The notes: generated from the sequence alone by a model not told the origin. 64,000 nt of DNA from Chloroflexota bacterium (GCA_003171065.1 PMXQ01000112.1:1076-65075); one strand, 5' to 3'. Positions 8,713-17,783 are shown, numbered from the stretch's first letter. Numbers and translations are program-made.

Positions 8713-8964
8713 CTACGAGGTCCGGGTAAGCATCCGATCTACTTCTGCCATGAGATCGCCCAGCGAGATGCCCAGTCCAGCGGCGATACGACCGATATTC
8801 ACGAGGCTCACGTTGCGCTCGCCGCGCTCGATGCCGCCGACATAGGTCCGGTGGACGCCCACGCGGTCTGCGAACTCCTCCTGCGACCAGCACCGCCTGC
8901 GCCGCAGGTCGCGCACGACGGCGCCGAAGGCCGACAGGATCGGGGGTGCGGAGAGTTCGACCAC
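8713..8964 (-). CDS. XRE-family helix-turn-helix transcriptional regulator
   Basis: [46 protein letters not shown] is the classic HTH_3 pattern. Confidence 0.85.
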   Translation of the reverse strand: MVELSAPPILSAFGAVVRDLRRRRCWSQEEFADRVGVHRTYVGGIERGERNVSLVNIGRIAAGLGISLGDLMAEVDRMLTRTS

Positions 8965-9136
8965 AGCCCGACCGTAGGCGGGCCGATGACGATGCGTCTA
9001 CACTCTATGCGTAGCATCTCCGCCGCTGGACTGGGCGCAGCCGCAGCCGGAGCCGGTTCGTCACCGTTGGTGGGTCGCGTCCCGACCCTAGGGAGACCGC
9101 CGTCCCGAGGGGCATTCAAAGCGGGGGAGGTTGACG

Positions 9137-9967
9137 ATGAGGCGATTGTTCGGGTTGCTGCTGGCTGCGGGCCTCGTCACAGCTGGCTGCGCGACATCCA
9201 TGCTCGCCACGACGGCCCCCGGTGGGAACGGCGAGAACCCGACCCCCACACCGGCCATGCAGGCGAGTGGTGCTCCAGCATTCACTCCTGCCACGGTAGG
9301 CGCAACGGCCACGGCCGGTGCCACGACGGCCGCAAATGCTGGCGACGCCAACGTCGTCGTTCAGAAGACGTTCGTGTTCTCTGCAGCCTCCAGCATCGGC
9401 GGTGGCAACGTTCAGATCATCGCGGTGGTCAAGAACACCGGGGGCAAACCGGCAAAACTCGGCGGCATGAACAGCGAGTCGTTCACCCTGTACGCCAAGG
9501 ATGGCTCGGTTCTGCAGACCGGCGATCTCACTCCGCTGCCTCAGTACGTCGCTCCCGGGGCTATCGGGTATTTGGGGGGATGGGCCAACATCTCCGACTC
9601 GGCCTCATTCGCGACGGTAGGGAAGGCGGACGCCAGCGTTACGTTCGGAAGCGCCGACTCAGTACCGGCCCAGACGTTGAAAACGGCAAAGGTGGCCGTG
9701 GCACCCGATGACGTTAAGGTCTGGCTAGAAGCCAAGGGCACAGTCACGAACACCGGTACTGACACGGTGGACATGGGTGAGATCGGGATCATCCTCCTTG
9801 ACTCCGCCGGGAACCCCATCGGCTGGCTCGAAGACAACACGACAGCCATGGGCATCCTCGCTGGGCAGACGAAGGGATTCACGACCGATTATCCGTTCGT
9901 GCCTGCCTCTCTTGCCCACAAGGTCGCTTCCACACTCGTGTTCGCCTTTGCCTACGAGTTGTTCTAG
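9137..9967 (+). CDS. Lipoprotein with two beta-rich (Ig-like) repeats, hypothetical
   Basis: Lipobox in MRRLFGLLLAAGLVTAGCAT. The ATG at 9137 follows GGGGGAGG. The motifs VVKNTGGKPAKL and TVTNTGTDTVDM recur in two halves. Confidence 0.6.
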   Translation: MRRLFGLLLAAGLVTAGCATSMLATTAPGGNGENPTPTPAMQASGAPAFTPATVGATATAGATTAANAGDANVVVQKTFVFSAASSIGGGNVQIIAVVKNTGGKPAKLGGMNSESFTLYAKDGSVLQTGDLTPLPQYVAPGAIGYLGGWANISDSASFATVGKADASVTFGSADSVPAQTLKTAKVAVAPDDVKVWLEAKGTVTNTGTDTVDMGEIGIILLDSAGNPIGWLEDNTTAMGILAGQTKGFTTDYPFVPASLAHKVASTLVFAFAYELF

Positions 9968-10155
9968 GGCCCCGGCGGCGGCCGCCACGTCAAAGCGAGG
10001 CAGGCCAGCAGACGTGATCCGACCCGAGGCGGACAATCGGCAGCTGCGCCGGGTCCGGCGTGTGTCCTGGGGCTTCCTAGGGGCGATTCCCTGCGCCCAC
10101 ACTTGCCTCGGGCGGGCTCAGCGCACCGGAACCGATGACCCACAACGCGTGGTAT

Positions 10156-10190
10156 CCTATGTTCGATAAGTGAACGCTATCGAACATAGG
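10156..10190. promoter_or_regulatory. Perfect 13-bp inverted repeat (CCTATGTTCGATA-N9-TATCGAACATAGG) 12 bp upstream of the integrase start
   Basis: Read directly: arms at 10156..10168 and 10178..10190. The site is AT-rich relative to its surroundings. Confidence 0.8.
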
Positions 10191-10201
10191 TAGACGAAGT
10201 C

Positions 10202-11158
10202 ATGACGGAACCCAACGCAGAGACAGGGATGGTCCCAGTCGGCCTGACGGTCGGCCAGGATGCCCGCGACTACATCGCCGCATCGCGTTCGGCGGCCACC
10301 CAGCGGGCCTACAAGTCCGACCTGGCCGCGTTCGAGCGCTGGTGCCGGGATCGTGGCCGAGTTGCCCTGCCAGCCGAGCCCGCCACGGTCGCGGACTATC
10401 TGGCCGACTGCGCCATGCGGGGCTTGGCCGTTGCGACCATCGGCAGATACGCCACGTCCATCTCGGTCGGGCATCGCATGGCTGGCGATCCCTCCCCGAC
10501 GAAAGCGGAGGTCGTGCGGCTCTCCCTGGCTGGTATCCGACGCCAACTCGGTGTTGCCCAGAAGCGGGCCCGGGCGCTCGACGTTCCGAGTCTCCGGGAG
10601 ATGGTGCAGGCGCTCCCAGACGATCTCCGTGGAGCCCGTGACCGGGCGCTCCTGCTGATCGGCTTCGCGGCTGGCCTCCGGCGCTCGGAGATCGTCGCGC
10701 TCGACGCGAGCGACGTGGTCGAGGAGCCGCAGGGGCTCAGGCTGACTCTCCGGCGAAGCAAGACTGACCAGGCAGGCGAGGGCAGGCAGATCGCGATCCT
10801 ACGAGGTCGCCACCCCGAGACCGACCCGGTGGCGGCCCTGGCAGCCTGGCGCGAGGCTTCCGGGATCGCCGAGGGGTCGTTGTTCGTCTCGATCCACGTC
10901 TCCGGCAAGGTCGGCGGGCGGCTCTCCGGCATCGACGTGAACCGCATCATCGTCCGGGCAGCCAAGGCGGCCGGGCTCGACTCGACCGGGCTCTCAGGCC
11001 ACTCTCTGCGGAGCGGGCTCGCCACCAGCGCAGCTGCCAGCGGGGCGAGCGAGCGAAGCATTCAGGCGGTCACCGGCCACAAGTCCACGACGATGCTGCG
11101 CCGCTACATCAGGCAGGGCTCCCTGTTCGCCGAGACCGTCTCGACGCTGGACCTGTGA
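10202..11158 (+). CDS. Tyrosine recombinase / phage-type integrase
   Basis: ARDRALLLIGFAAGLRRSEIVALD (catalytic Arg box), HSLRSGLATSAA (HxxR), and GHKSTTMLRRYI (His..Tyr). Confidence 0.9.
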   Translation: MTEPNAETGMVPVGLTVGQDARDYIAASRSAATQRAYKSDLAAFERWCRDRGRVALPAEPATVADYLADCAMRGLAVATIGRYATSISVGHRMAGDPSPTKAEVVRLSLAGIRRQLGVAQKRARALDVPSLREMVQALPDDLRGARDRALLLIGFAAGLRRSEIVALDASDVVEEPQGLRLTLRRSKTDQAGEGRQIAILRGRHPETDPVAALAAWREASGIAEGSLFVSIHVSGKVGGRLSGIDVNRIIVRAAKAAGLDSTGLSGHSLRSGLATSAAASGASERSIQAVTGHKSTTMLRRYIRQGSLFAETVSTLDL

Positions 11159-11184
11159 GGGAAGCGCGGAGGACAAGGGTGTGA

Positions 11185-11421
11185 TTGACCCTCAACAATC
11201 TCAAGCGCGTTCTTGAGGATGGCTCTCTGAAGCGTCGTCTAGTAGCAGAAGGTGCCGCTCGCGGCGAGAAATGGAACGAGGGAGAGTGGCGCTACTGCCT
11301 GCAACTCTTTGGGTTCTCGTACTGCGAACCTGACCCGCCGGAGGACCGCGACGCCCGGGCAGAGTGGCAGATGATGGTAGATCGGGGTTGGATCGTCCTG
11401 GACGGCCCCGAGCATGCTTAG
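11185..11421 (+). CDS. Hypothetical protein
   Basis: 78-aa ORF with a TTG start. No recognisable domain. Confidence 0.3.
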   Translation: MTLNNLKRVLEDGSLKRRLVAEGAARGEKWNEGEWRYCLQLFGFSYCEPDPPEDRDARAEWQMMVDRGWIVLDGPEHA

Positions 11422-11449
11422 CCCGGCCAGCCTTCGCGCGCCCGACCCA

Positions 11450-12133
11450 TCAGCACGGATGCCCTCGCCCGAGAGCGTCTCGACAGCGGCGGCACCCACT
11501 GGATGCCACGACATAGGATTGGATCTTGAGTTCGCTCATTGCGGTGGCGAATCTGCGGAATAGCCCGGGGTCGCAGAGCGGTAGATCCTCCACAACCACG
11601 AGCGGCGGTGAAGTCTCCCACAGCGCCACGCATGGCCCTTCATCGTGGGCGCCCGTGTATCGGACGCCGGTGACGTCTCTGGACGCCGGTCGATCTTCGT
11701 AGATCGCCCGCGCCCAAGCCTGCGTCTCAACTCGGTCAATGTCGGCGCTTCCCAGGGCCGGGAGGGCACCAATAAGCATCGAGCCATTGCCCTGAACGTC
11801 CTGAACGATGATCCGGCGAGCGGGGCGGATCGCCGCGGCGTAGTAGTGCGGGCAGATCGTCGCCTCACCCACGTCGCCGAAGACTTCGCCGCCGCTAGTA
11901 CGCAGCGTCTTCGCGGCGTAGAGCACCTTTCGGCCGTCGGGGTCAATCGCGGGCGCAGTTGGTGGTGGTGTGTGGTGATCGAACCGGTCCCGAGGTCCGA
12001 AGGCGCGCTGAGTGTCGCCACTCGGCAGGAGATCGTCGCGGTGATAGATCCGCACCCACCGCTCATTCGGGTCCCAAGCCCAGGTGTTCCCCCCCTTGAG
12101 CGGGCGAACCGGCGGCTTGAGATGCTTGACCAA
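11450..12133 (-). CDS. RES-domain toxin (MbcT-like NAD+-targeting family)
   Basis: AFGPRDRFDHH (R), SGGEVFGDV (E) and GVRYTGAHDEG (S/T position) match the RES layout. It is paired with an upstream Xre/MbcA/ParS-type gene. Confidence 0.75.
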   Translation of the reverse strand: MVKHLKPPVRPLKGGNTWAWDPNERWVRIYHRDDLLPSGDTQRAFGPRDRFDHHTPPPTAPAIDPDGRKVLYAAKTLRTSGGEVFGDVGEATICPHYYAAAIRPARRIIVQDVQGNGSMLIGALPALGSADIDRVETQAWARAIYEDRPASRDVTGVRYTGAHDEGPCVALWETSPPLVVVEDLPLCDPGLFRRFATAMSELKIQSYVVASSGCRRCRDALGRGHPC

Positions 12134-12139
12134 GATCGA

Positions 12140-12736
12140 TCAAAGAGTCTCGACCAGCCGAAGAACATCCTCGACTTTGTCTTGTCCCAGAGCGGCCCTA
12201 GGCGTCGAGCCACCCAGATCGGGATTCTCGGCTTCGATCCAGCGCGACAGCGCGAGGACGCTTGCGGGGAAGCGAGCCACAACATCTCGGAGTCCAGGTA
12301 GCACGCCACTTCGCGACCCTGGCTCGAACTGCCACTCTGGAAGCCGCCACTCGCGTCCTTCCTTCAGGCCGACAAGCACCCCTCGTTCGAGCTTGTCGCT
12401 AACAGCCTGGTCGCTCACACCAAGACGTAGCGCGGCCTCATGACGGGTGATGCTCCGCTCAATGAGGCTCTGACGGTGCTCGGTCCCGGTTACGACATTC
12501 CAGGTGATCGCGTCGCCATAGGCCTCGTGACTCGGCTCCGGACCGAAGGCGACGTCGAGCCGCACCGGGACTTGCCTCTGTGGATCGAGGGCAGTCAGGA
12601 TGAACAGCACCGTATCGTGCGAGGCGTTCCGAAGGAGGGCGTCCGTGGCTGCGCGGAGGGTCTTTGCGTCTGCGGTGGCTGGAATGGAACCGATCATCAT
12701 GCCACCAAGCCTACGCAAGATACGCAAGCATGTCAA
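12140..12736 (-). CDS. Xre/MbcA/ParS-family antitoxin (HTH + DUF2384-like toxin-binding C-terminus)
   Basis: HTH in ITRHEAALRLGVSDQAVSDKLERG. The C-terminus ALSRWIEAENPDLGGSTPRAALGQDKVEDVLRLVETL fits the DUF2384 pattern. It ends 6 nt upstream of the RES gene. Confidence 0.75.
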   Translation of the reverse strand: MTCLRILRRLGGMMIGSIPATADAKTLRAATDALLRNASHDTVLFILTALDPQRQVPVRLDVAFGPEPSHEAYGDAITWNVVTGTEHRQSLIERSITRHEAALRLGVSDQAVSDKLERGVLVGLKEGREWRLPEWQFEPGSRSGVLPGLRDVVARFPASVLALSRWIEAENPDLGGSTPRAALGQDKVEDVLRLVETL

Positions 12737-13117
12737 GTTTCACGGCATATCACCGGCCATGCCAGCGGGCGAGGGCGGCTCGCAATGCCCGCTCCCGCCG
12801 CCGGAGCGCCACACGGCCAGCACGCTCTGCCGGGTTGAGTTTGAGATCAGGATCGACTGCCTGCTCGTCTTTGGAGGCTAGGGCCTGGCGGCCTGGCAGC
12901 GTCGCGGCGCTCCGGTCGCTGCAGGTAGACCATCGGTGACAGCTAGCGATGCGGGCGCGAAGGGCGCGCTCGGCCGGACTGGAGTCTGTAGTCGTTCATA
13001 GGTACCAACTTCAGCCGGACTCGCTCAAAGGCTCCGCCTGGCCGGGCGACACGTTCTCAGTCGCTCGCCCTGTATGAGATTGCCGCGCGCAGGGTAGCAG
13101 GTAGCACAGAGCAACCG

Positions 13118-14068
13118 CTACGGCTTCCGAGATCGCCGGGGCGTGGCGAGCCGATCCATCGGCGACAGGGATTTGTACGCCTCCCGAGCGCGCTCGTCAG
13201 CGGCGGAGGCACCGTACCGGCCGAGCATCGCCCGGCTCGTCCAACCAGCGATCCGCATCAGATCGCCTTCCTGTCCCCCGGCTGCAAGCCAGACATGGGC
13301 GAAGGTGTGACGGAGTTGGTGGGGGTGAACGTCGAGGCCAACTTGCCGTGCCCGGTCGCGGACAACCTGGTAGATGCCGCTCTCGGTCAGCGCACCGTTC
13401 TGGCCGAGCCACATCTCGGGCATATCGGAGAGGCGGTGGTTCTTGCGCTTCCTGAGGTAGCGGTCGAGCAACTCATTTGTCTGCCTGCCGAAGGGCACGG
13501 CACGCTCGCGGCTGAACTTCCCGGTGACGTGGACGACGTTGAGGTCCAGGTCCACATCGGCGACCTGCAGCCCGGCGCATTCCCCGCGCCGAAGCCCGCT
13601 GTCGATCAGGAGCGCGATGATCGCCAGGTCCCGGATCGAGTTGAAGTCCCTGCCCTGGCAGGTGGCCAGGAGCCTGCCCAACTCAGCCTCTCCAAGCACC
13701 GGAGGCGGCTGGAGAGGCACGATGGGCGGCTTGATGTGGACCTGGGGCGAGACCTTGATCTCCCCCTCCTCCACCAACCACCGCCACCACTGAGCCAGGG
13801 CGCGGTAGACCTGGGAGACGGTCGCAGGCGACAACCCCCGCTCGCGGAGGGAGGCCAGGTAAGCCTCGACGTGCTCGCGCTTGATCGCGGAGGGTTCAGT
13901 CGGCATTCCCGTAGTGGCCAGGTAGCGGCCGAGGTCGTCTATGGCTCGGAGGTAGATTCGCTCCGTCTTGGGAGACCGGCCAGAGGCCCGAAGGCTCCGC
14001 CGGAAGCTGTCTCGGAGGGCTTGGTAGGTGACCGACGCGGCGGGTACGGCAGTCGGAGTGGCATCCAT
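13118..14068 (-). CDS. Tyrosine recombinase / integrase (XerC/D-like fold)
   Basis: [39 protein letters not shown] and [16 protein letters not shown]. It lies adjacent to the tRNA 3' end. Confidence 0.9.
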   Translation of the reverse strand: MDATPTAVPAASVTYQALRDSFRRSLRASGRSPKTERIYLRAIDDLGRYLATTGMPTEPSAIKREHVEAYLASLRERGLSPATVSQVYRALAQWWRWLVEEGEIKVSPQVHIKPPIVPLQPPPVLGEAELGRLLATCQGRDFNSIRDLAIIALLIDSGLRRGECAGLQVADVDLDLNVVHVTGKFSRERAVPFGRQTNELLDRYLRKRKNHRLSDMPEMWLGQNGALTESGIYQVVRDRARQVGLDVHPHQLRHTFAHVWLAAGGQEGDLMRIAGWTSRAMLGRYGASAADERAREAYKSLSPMDRLATPRRSRKP

Positions 14069-14156
14069 GATTCCCGCATGTTAGCGCCTCAGTATGGTCT
14101 ATGCGGACCATTCCTGCAGGCTCAGAGGTCGTTAGCGTGCCAGATCACGCTCACAC

Positions 14157-14244
14157 TGGTGGGCGAGGTGAGATTCGAACTCACACGCCGCTTACGCGGC
14201 ACCAGCTCCTAAGGCTGGCGCGTCTGCCATTCCGCCACTCGCCC
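14157..14244 (-). tRNA. tRNA-Leu (anticodon UAG), class II with a long variable arm, CCA encoded
   Basis: Folded by hand. Acceptor stem GGGCGAG/CTCGCCC, anticodon stem CCAGC/GCTGG with loop CTTAGGA, T arm GTGAG-TTCGAAT-CTCAC, discriminator A + CCA. Confidence 0.9.
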
Positions 14245-14300
14245 GTGGCCCAAGAGTCTAGCGGGGGCGCCGATACGCCGCGACGCGGCGCTGAGCCGGG

Positions 14301-14933
14301 TCAGCGCGGGCGGAGCCAGTTGCGGCGCGTGCCGGGCTGCCGCCCAGCGGGCAGCGGCGTGGCCTTCGCGGGCCCCGAGGCTGGCTCGGCCGAGCGCTCG
14401 GCCTTGTGCGCCTCGCGTCGAGCCCGGATCCGGTCCCTGGCCGCCGCGAAGCCGCCGGCGTCGGGGCTTAACAGCTCCCTGGCCAGCCGCTTGCCAGCCT
14501 CGGCAGTCACCGGGCGCAGGATGTTGCCGCCCAGCTCGGAGATCGTGCCCTTCAGGTCGCGCGCCTCGCGCTCGGGGCGGCTCTTGTCGAGGTAGGCACC
14601 GAACTCGCGCTCGAGCAGACCGCGGACCTGCTCGCCGTCTTCGCCCAGCGAGTGCAACGCCTTGTCGATCTGCTTTGGCAGCATCGACTTGGGCAGATCC
14701 GCCTTCGGACCCAGGACGGCCCCCCGAATGGCGCGATAGGTCCGCTTGGGCCCGCCCAGGACAAGGAACGCCGCACCGGCGGCGACCGCGACCGTCTTGC
14801 CCGGCGCCCGCCGGAGCTTGGCGGGGATGTCGACCGCCGCGCGGCCGGCCGCCTCGAGCCCTATGACCTCGTCCAGCAGGAGCTGGCGGCGGGCTACGAC
14901 TTCCGCCCGAGCGGCATCTGTGCGCGCACCCAC
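14301..14933 (-). CDS. Hypothetical membrane-associated protein (DUF3618-like pattern)
   Basis: The C-terminal ~200 aa of track ORF 14301..15533 look coding, with TM segment TVAVAAGAAFLVLGG; the N-terminal Arg-rich part does not. The candidate start is GTG 14933 and is uncertain. Confidence 0.4.
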   Translation of the reverse strand: MGARTDAARAEVVARRQLLLDEVIGLEAAGRAAVDIPAKLRRAPGKTVAVAAGAAFLVLGGPKRTYRAIRGAVLGPKADLPKSMLPKQIDKALHSLGEDGEQVRGLLEREFGAYLDKSRPEREARDLKGTISELGGNILRPVTAEAGKRLARELLSPDAGGFAAARDRIRARREAHKAERSAEPASGPAKATPLPAGRQPGTRRNWLRPR

Positions 14934-15823
14934 TCGATGGTCTCCTTGGTGGTTTCGATGGACTGATTGGGCAGCAGGCGATTCTTGAGCTCCTCGAAGT
15001 CGGCCTTCCGGAGCACGAGGATGGCGGCCAGGATCGGGTACACGATCAGGAAGACGGTCAGGCCGACGGCGATCGCGATCCCCCAGCTCATCGGCACTCC
15101 GAGCAGCGCGCCGAGCAGGCCGCCGATGACGGCGCCCGCGATAGCGATGCCGACCGCCGCACCGATGCGGGTCAGGAATCCGCTCGCCACGACAAGCCCG
15201 ACGATCGCGCCCACGACCGCGAGCAGGACCGCCAGGACGATCACGCCGGCGGCGATCGGGCGATCGGCCGCCGAAACGGCATGGCCGTCGAACCAGGTCA
15301 GCCCGCCGAAGAACGTGCTGCCGACCCAGCCCAGGGCGCGGCTGGTCAACTGCAACCACAGGACCAGGCCGACGATGACGGCCACGACGAGCGCAACGAG
15401 GAACGCGAGCCCGAGGCGGGGCGCGGCATGGGGGATGATCAGCATGACCAGGGTGACCGCGATGGCGATCAGGAGCGTGGGGCCGTGGAGCAGTCCCCAG
15501 CCGATCGAGCCGAAGACCCACTCGTCGAGCCACAGGATCGACCCGACAAACGCCACCATGCCGGCCAGGAACAAGCAGGCCAGAGCAGCGCCGGCGAGGG
15601 CGGCCGCGCGCTTGATCTCCGCCATGATCTCGGACAGCTCGGTCGAGAACAGCTTGACATGGGCCGAGAAGAGGCCCAGCAGGGCCTTTCGCGTTCGCCC
15701 GAACTGTTCGCGCAGGCTCCGCGGCGGCGAGTTCGCGCCCTTGCCGGAGTTCGCGCCCTTGCCGGAGTCCGCGCTCTTGCCGGTTGACGGTGACTGATCG
15801 GATGAGGAGGGCCGGTCGGTCAA
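14894..15823 (-). CDS. Multi-pass membrane protein (actinobacterial holin-X-like pattern)
   Basis: Ser/Gly/Lys-rich N-terminus, then AHVKLFSTELSEIMAEIKRAAALAGAALACLFLAG, then about 6 hydrophobic helices. Confidence 0.6.
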   Translation of the reverse strand: MTDRPSSSDQSPSTGKSADSGKGANSGKGANSPPRSLREQFGRTRKALLGLFSAHVKLFSTELSEIMAEIKRAAALAGAALACLFLAGMVAFVGSILWLDEWVFGSIGWGLLHGPTLLIAIAVTLVMLIIPHAAPRLGLAFLVALVVAVIVGLVLWLQLTSRALGWVGSTFFGGLTWFDGHAVSAADRPIAAGVIVLAVLLAVVGAIVGLVVASGFLTRIGAAVGIAIAGAVIGGLLGALLGVPMSWGIAIAVGLTVFLIVYPILAAILVLRKADFEELKNRLLPNQSIETTKETIEWVRAQMPLGRKS

Positions 15824-15993
15824 GGGACCTCCTGGAGATTGCGGTCAGAAAGCACCACGATCATAGCAGCGGGATGGACCGCTTCGGCAACCCCGGCGCG
15901 GAGAATGTGGGCCGGCATCAGAACCTCGCGGCCGAATTGGCGGTTCGAGAGGCGGATCGAGACGAACGGGGGCGAACCGACTACGCTCCCGCC

Positions 15994-17226
15994 ATGCCTG
16001 AACCGACCCCGCCCAAGCTCGAAGCCGCGCCGGCGGCGCGCCCGCTGCGGACGGCCGTGCTCCTTGCAGTGGGCACCGAGCTCACCGTGGGCGAGACGCG
16101 CGACACCAACAGCGGAGATCTCGCGCGGTCGCTGGCAGAGCACGGCGTAGAAGTCGAGTGGATCGTGGCGCTGCCCGATCGCCTGGCGACTGTCGTAGAC
16201 GCGCTACGGAGCGCGCTGGCCGCGGCCGATTTCGCCGTCACGACCGGCGGTCTCGGACCCACGCCCGACGACTTGACCCGAGAGGCGATCGCCGCCGTCG
16301 TCGGGGAGCGGCCGGCGGTGGATCCCGAGCTGGAGCGCTGGCTGCGCCATCTGTTCGAGCGGCGCGGCCTCGCCTACCACGACACCAACGCGAAACAGGC
16401 CTGGCTCATTCCCTCGGCGACGGCGATCCCCAACGAGCGCGGCACCGCGCCGGGGTGGTGGGTCGATCGGCCGGACGGACGTGTGATCGTTGCGCTGCCG
16501 GGGCCTCCGGGCGAGATGCGGCCGATGTGGGAGGGCTGGGTGCTCCCCCACCTCACCGCCCGAGGCCTGGGACAGGAACGCGTTACGCGGACGTACCGCC
16601 TGACGGGCATCGGCGAGTCGGCGGTGGCCGCGCTGCTTGGAGAGCGGCTGCTCCGGGCCGAGAACCCGGTCGTGGCCACGTACGCGCGTTCGGACGCGGT
16701 GGACGTGCGCATCTCCGCCCGCGCCGATGCAGGCCGCTCGCCGGAGCAGCTCGTCGAAGAGGCCGAGGCCGCCGTCCTCGCCGCCGTCGGCAAACACGTT
16801 TGGGGCCGCGACGGCGACACGTGGCCCGGCGTCCTGGGCCGCGAGCTGTCCGCCCGCGGCTGGACGGCAACGCTCGTCGAGGCTGGCACGGGCGGCGCCA
16901 CTATGCGACTCCTCGGCGATGCCCCGTGGCTCGTCTCGTCGCGCCTCCTCGCGCCCGCGGAGACAGACGCCCCGATCGCCGCGCTGGCCGACCAGGCCCG
17001 GAAGACCGCCGATGCGACCGTGGGCCTGGCGGTGCGGGCGATCGAGTCGGGCGAGGGCACCCAGGTCGAGGTCGCAATCAGCGGCCCCTGGGGCGCCCGT
17101 GAAACGCGCCAGACGGCATTTCTGGGCGGCATCGAGGGCCGGCGGCGGGCCGGGATCGCGGCCGTCGCGTTCCTCCATGCGGCGGTTCGGGACGCGCCGC
17201 CCGCAGGCGAGGGTCGGGCTCGTTAG
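15994..17226 (+). CDS. cinA: CinA-family competence/damage-inducible protein (MoCF-binding + CinA C-terminal domain)
   Basis: AVLLAVGTELTVGETRDTNSGDLARSLAEHG...AVTTGGLGPTPDDLT. ATG 15994 is chosen because the upstream extension overlaps the divergent gene. Confidence 0.85.
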   Translation: MPEPTPPKLEAAPAARPLRTAVLLAVGTELTVGETRDTNSGDLARSLAEHGVEVEWIVALPDRLATVVDALRSALAAADFAVTTGGLGPTPDDLTREAIAAVVGERPAVDPELERWLRHLFERRGLAYHDTNAKQAWLIPSATAIPNERGTAPGWWVDRPDGRVIVALPGPPGEMRPMWEGWVLPHLTARGLGQERVTRTYRLTGIGESAVAALLGERLLRAENPVVATYARSDAVDVRISARADAGRSPEQLVEEAEAAVLAAVGKHVWGRDGDTWPGVLGRELSARGWTATLVEAGTGGATMRLLGDAPWLVSSRLLAPAETDAPIAALADQARKTADATVGLAVRAIESGEGTQVEVAISGPWGARETRQTAFLGGIEGRRRAGIAAVAFLHAAVRDAPPAGEGRAR

Positions 17227-17270
17227 GCCTGCGCAGGAAGGCTGCTTCTGGCGGACAATACGCACCAGGG

Positions 17271-17783
17271 TTGTCGCCAGACCCGAAGCTGGAGCGAAGT
17301 ATGAGCGCCAAGGAGAAGATCGAGGCGGCCGAGCTGGCTGGAATGCCGCTGTTCGAGGGCCTGACAGAAGCCGACCTCGCGCCCCTTGCCGCGGCATCCT
17401 GCCGGCGCCGCCTGAACGATGGCGAAACCCTGGTCGAGATGGGCGACCCGATCTCCGAGATCCACTGGTTGGAGGACGGCCAGCTGGCCCTGCGCGTCCG
17501 CTACGACGGGCGCTGGGTCCTGGTCTCGACGCTGCACGCAGGCGATCTGCTCGGTTGGTCAGCGCTGCGCGAGGACCCGACGGCCCTGTCAACCGCCCGA
17601 GCGATCGGCCCGGCCGTAATGCTCTCGATGCCGGCCTCCGGCCTGCTCGGCCTGCTGGTCGGCAGCTCGTCCCAGTCTCAGCTGCTGCTGCGCCGGCTTT
17701 TTGGGATCGCGACCCAGCACCTGGACGAGAGCCGCGCGCAGCTGCTCCAGCTGGGGCGCGAGGGGGTCATTTCCGCGGGCTGA
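17271..17783 (+). CDS. Cyclic-nucleotide-binding domain protein
   Basis: LFEGLTEADLAPLAAASCRRRLNDGETLVEMGD...GDLLGWSAL matches the cNMP-binding fold pattern. Confidence 0.8.
   Translation: MSPDPKLERSMSAKEKIEAAELAGMPLFEGLTEADLAPLAAASCRRRLNDGETLVEMGDPISEIHWLEDGQLALRVRYDGRWVLVSTLHAGDLLGWSALREDPTALSTARAIGPAVMLSMPASGLLGLLVGSSSQSQLLLRRLFGIATQHLDESRAQLLQLGREGVISAG

Larger units (their letters stand above)
1..14244. mobile_element. Integrative element abutting the 3' end of tRNA-Leu(UAG); the left end lies outside the window or is undefined
   Basis: A tyrosine integrase (13118..14068) lies directly beside the 3' end of the tRNA (14157). The region also holds a second integrase, a replication protein with iterons, a TA pair, many short overlapping hypothetical genes and locally lower-GC intergenic tracts. 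No second copy of the tRNA 3' end (attL) was found in the window. Confidence 0.6.

Noticed and set aside
7637-8893. Full-length 418-aa version of the TPR/Rossmann-like ORF
   Set aside because: Its first ~100 codons are Arg-rich and overlap the clearly real XRE HTH gene (8713..8964) in another frame, so a downstream start was preferred. The exact start remains uncertain.
1-14100. attL copy of the tRNA-Leu 3' end that would delimit the island inside the window
   Set aside because: I scanned for GAGATTCGAACTCAC-like strings and found none other than the tRNA itself, so no boundary is claimed.
14934-15533. N-terminal 200 aa of the 410-aa minus-strand ORF 14301..15533 (extremely Arg/Pro/Gly-rich)
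   Set aside because: It lies antisense or out of frame within the well-supported membrane-protein gene 14894..15823 and has typical high-GC shadow-ORF composition. Only the C-terminal ~200 aa look coding.
16204-17592. 462-aa minus-strand ORF, plus several 250-390-aa ORFs overlapping cinA and the cNMP-binding gene
   Set aside because: Arg/Pro/Gly-dominated composition and no motifs, and they overlap genes with clear domain signatures. These are high-GC shadow ORFs.
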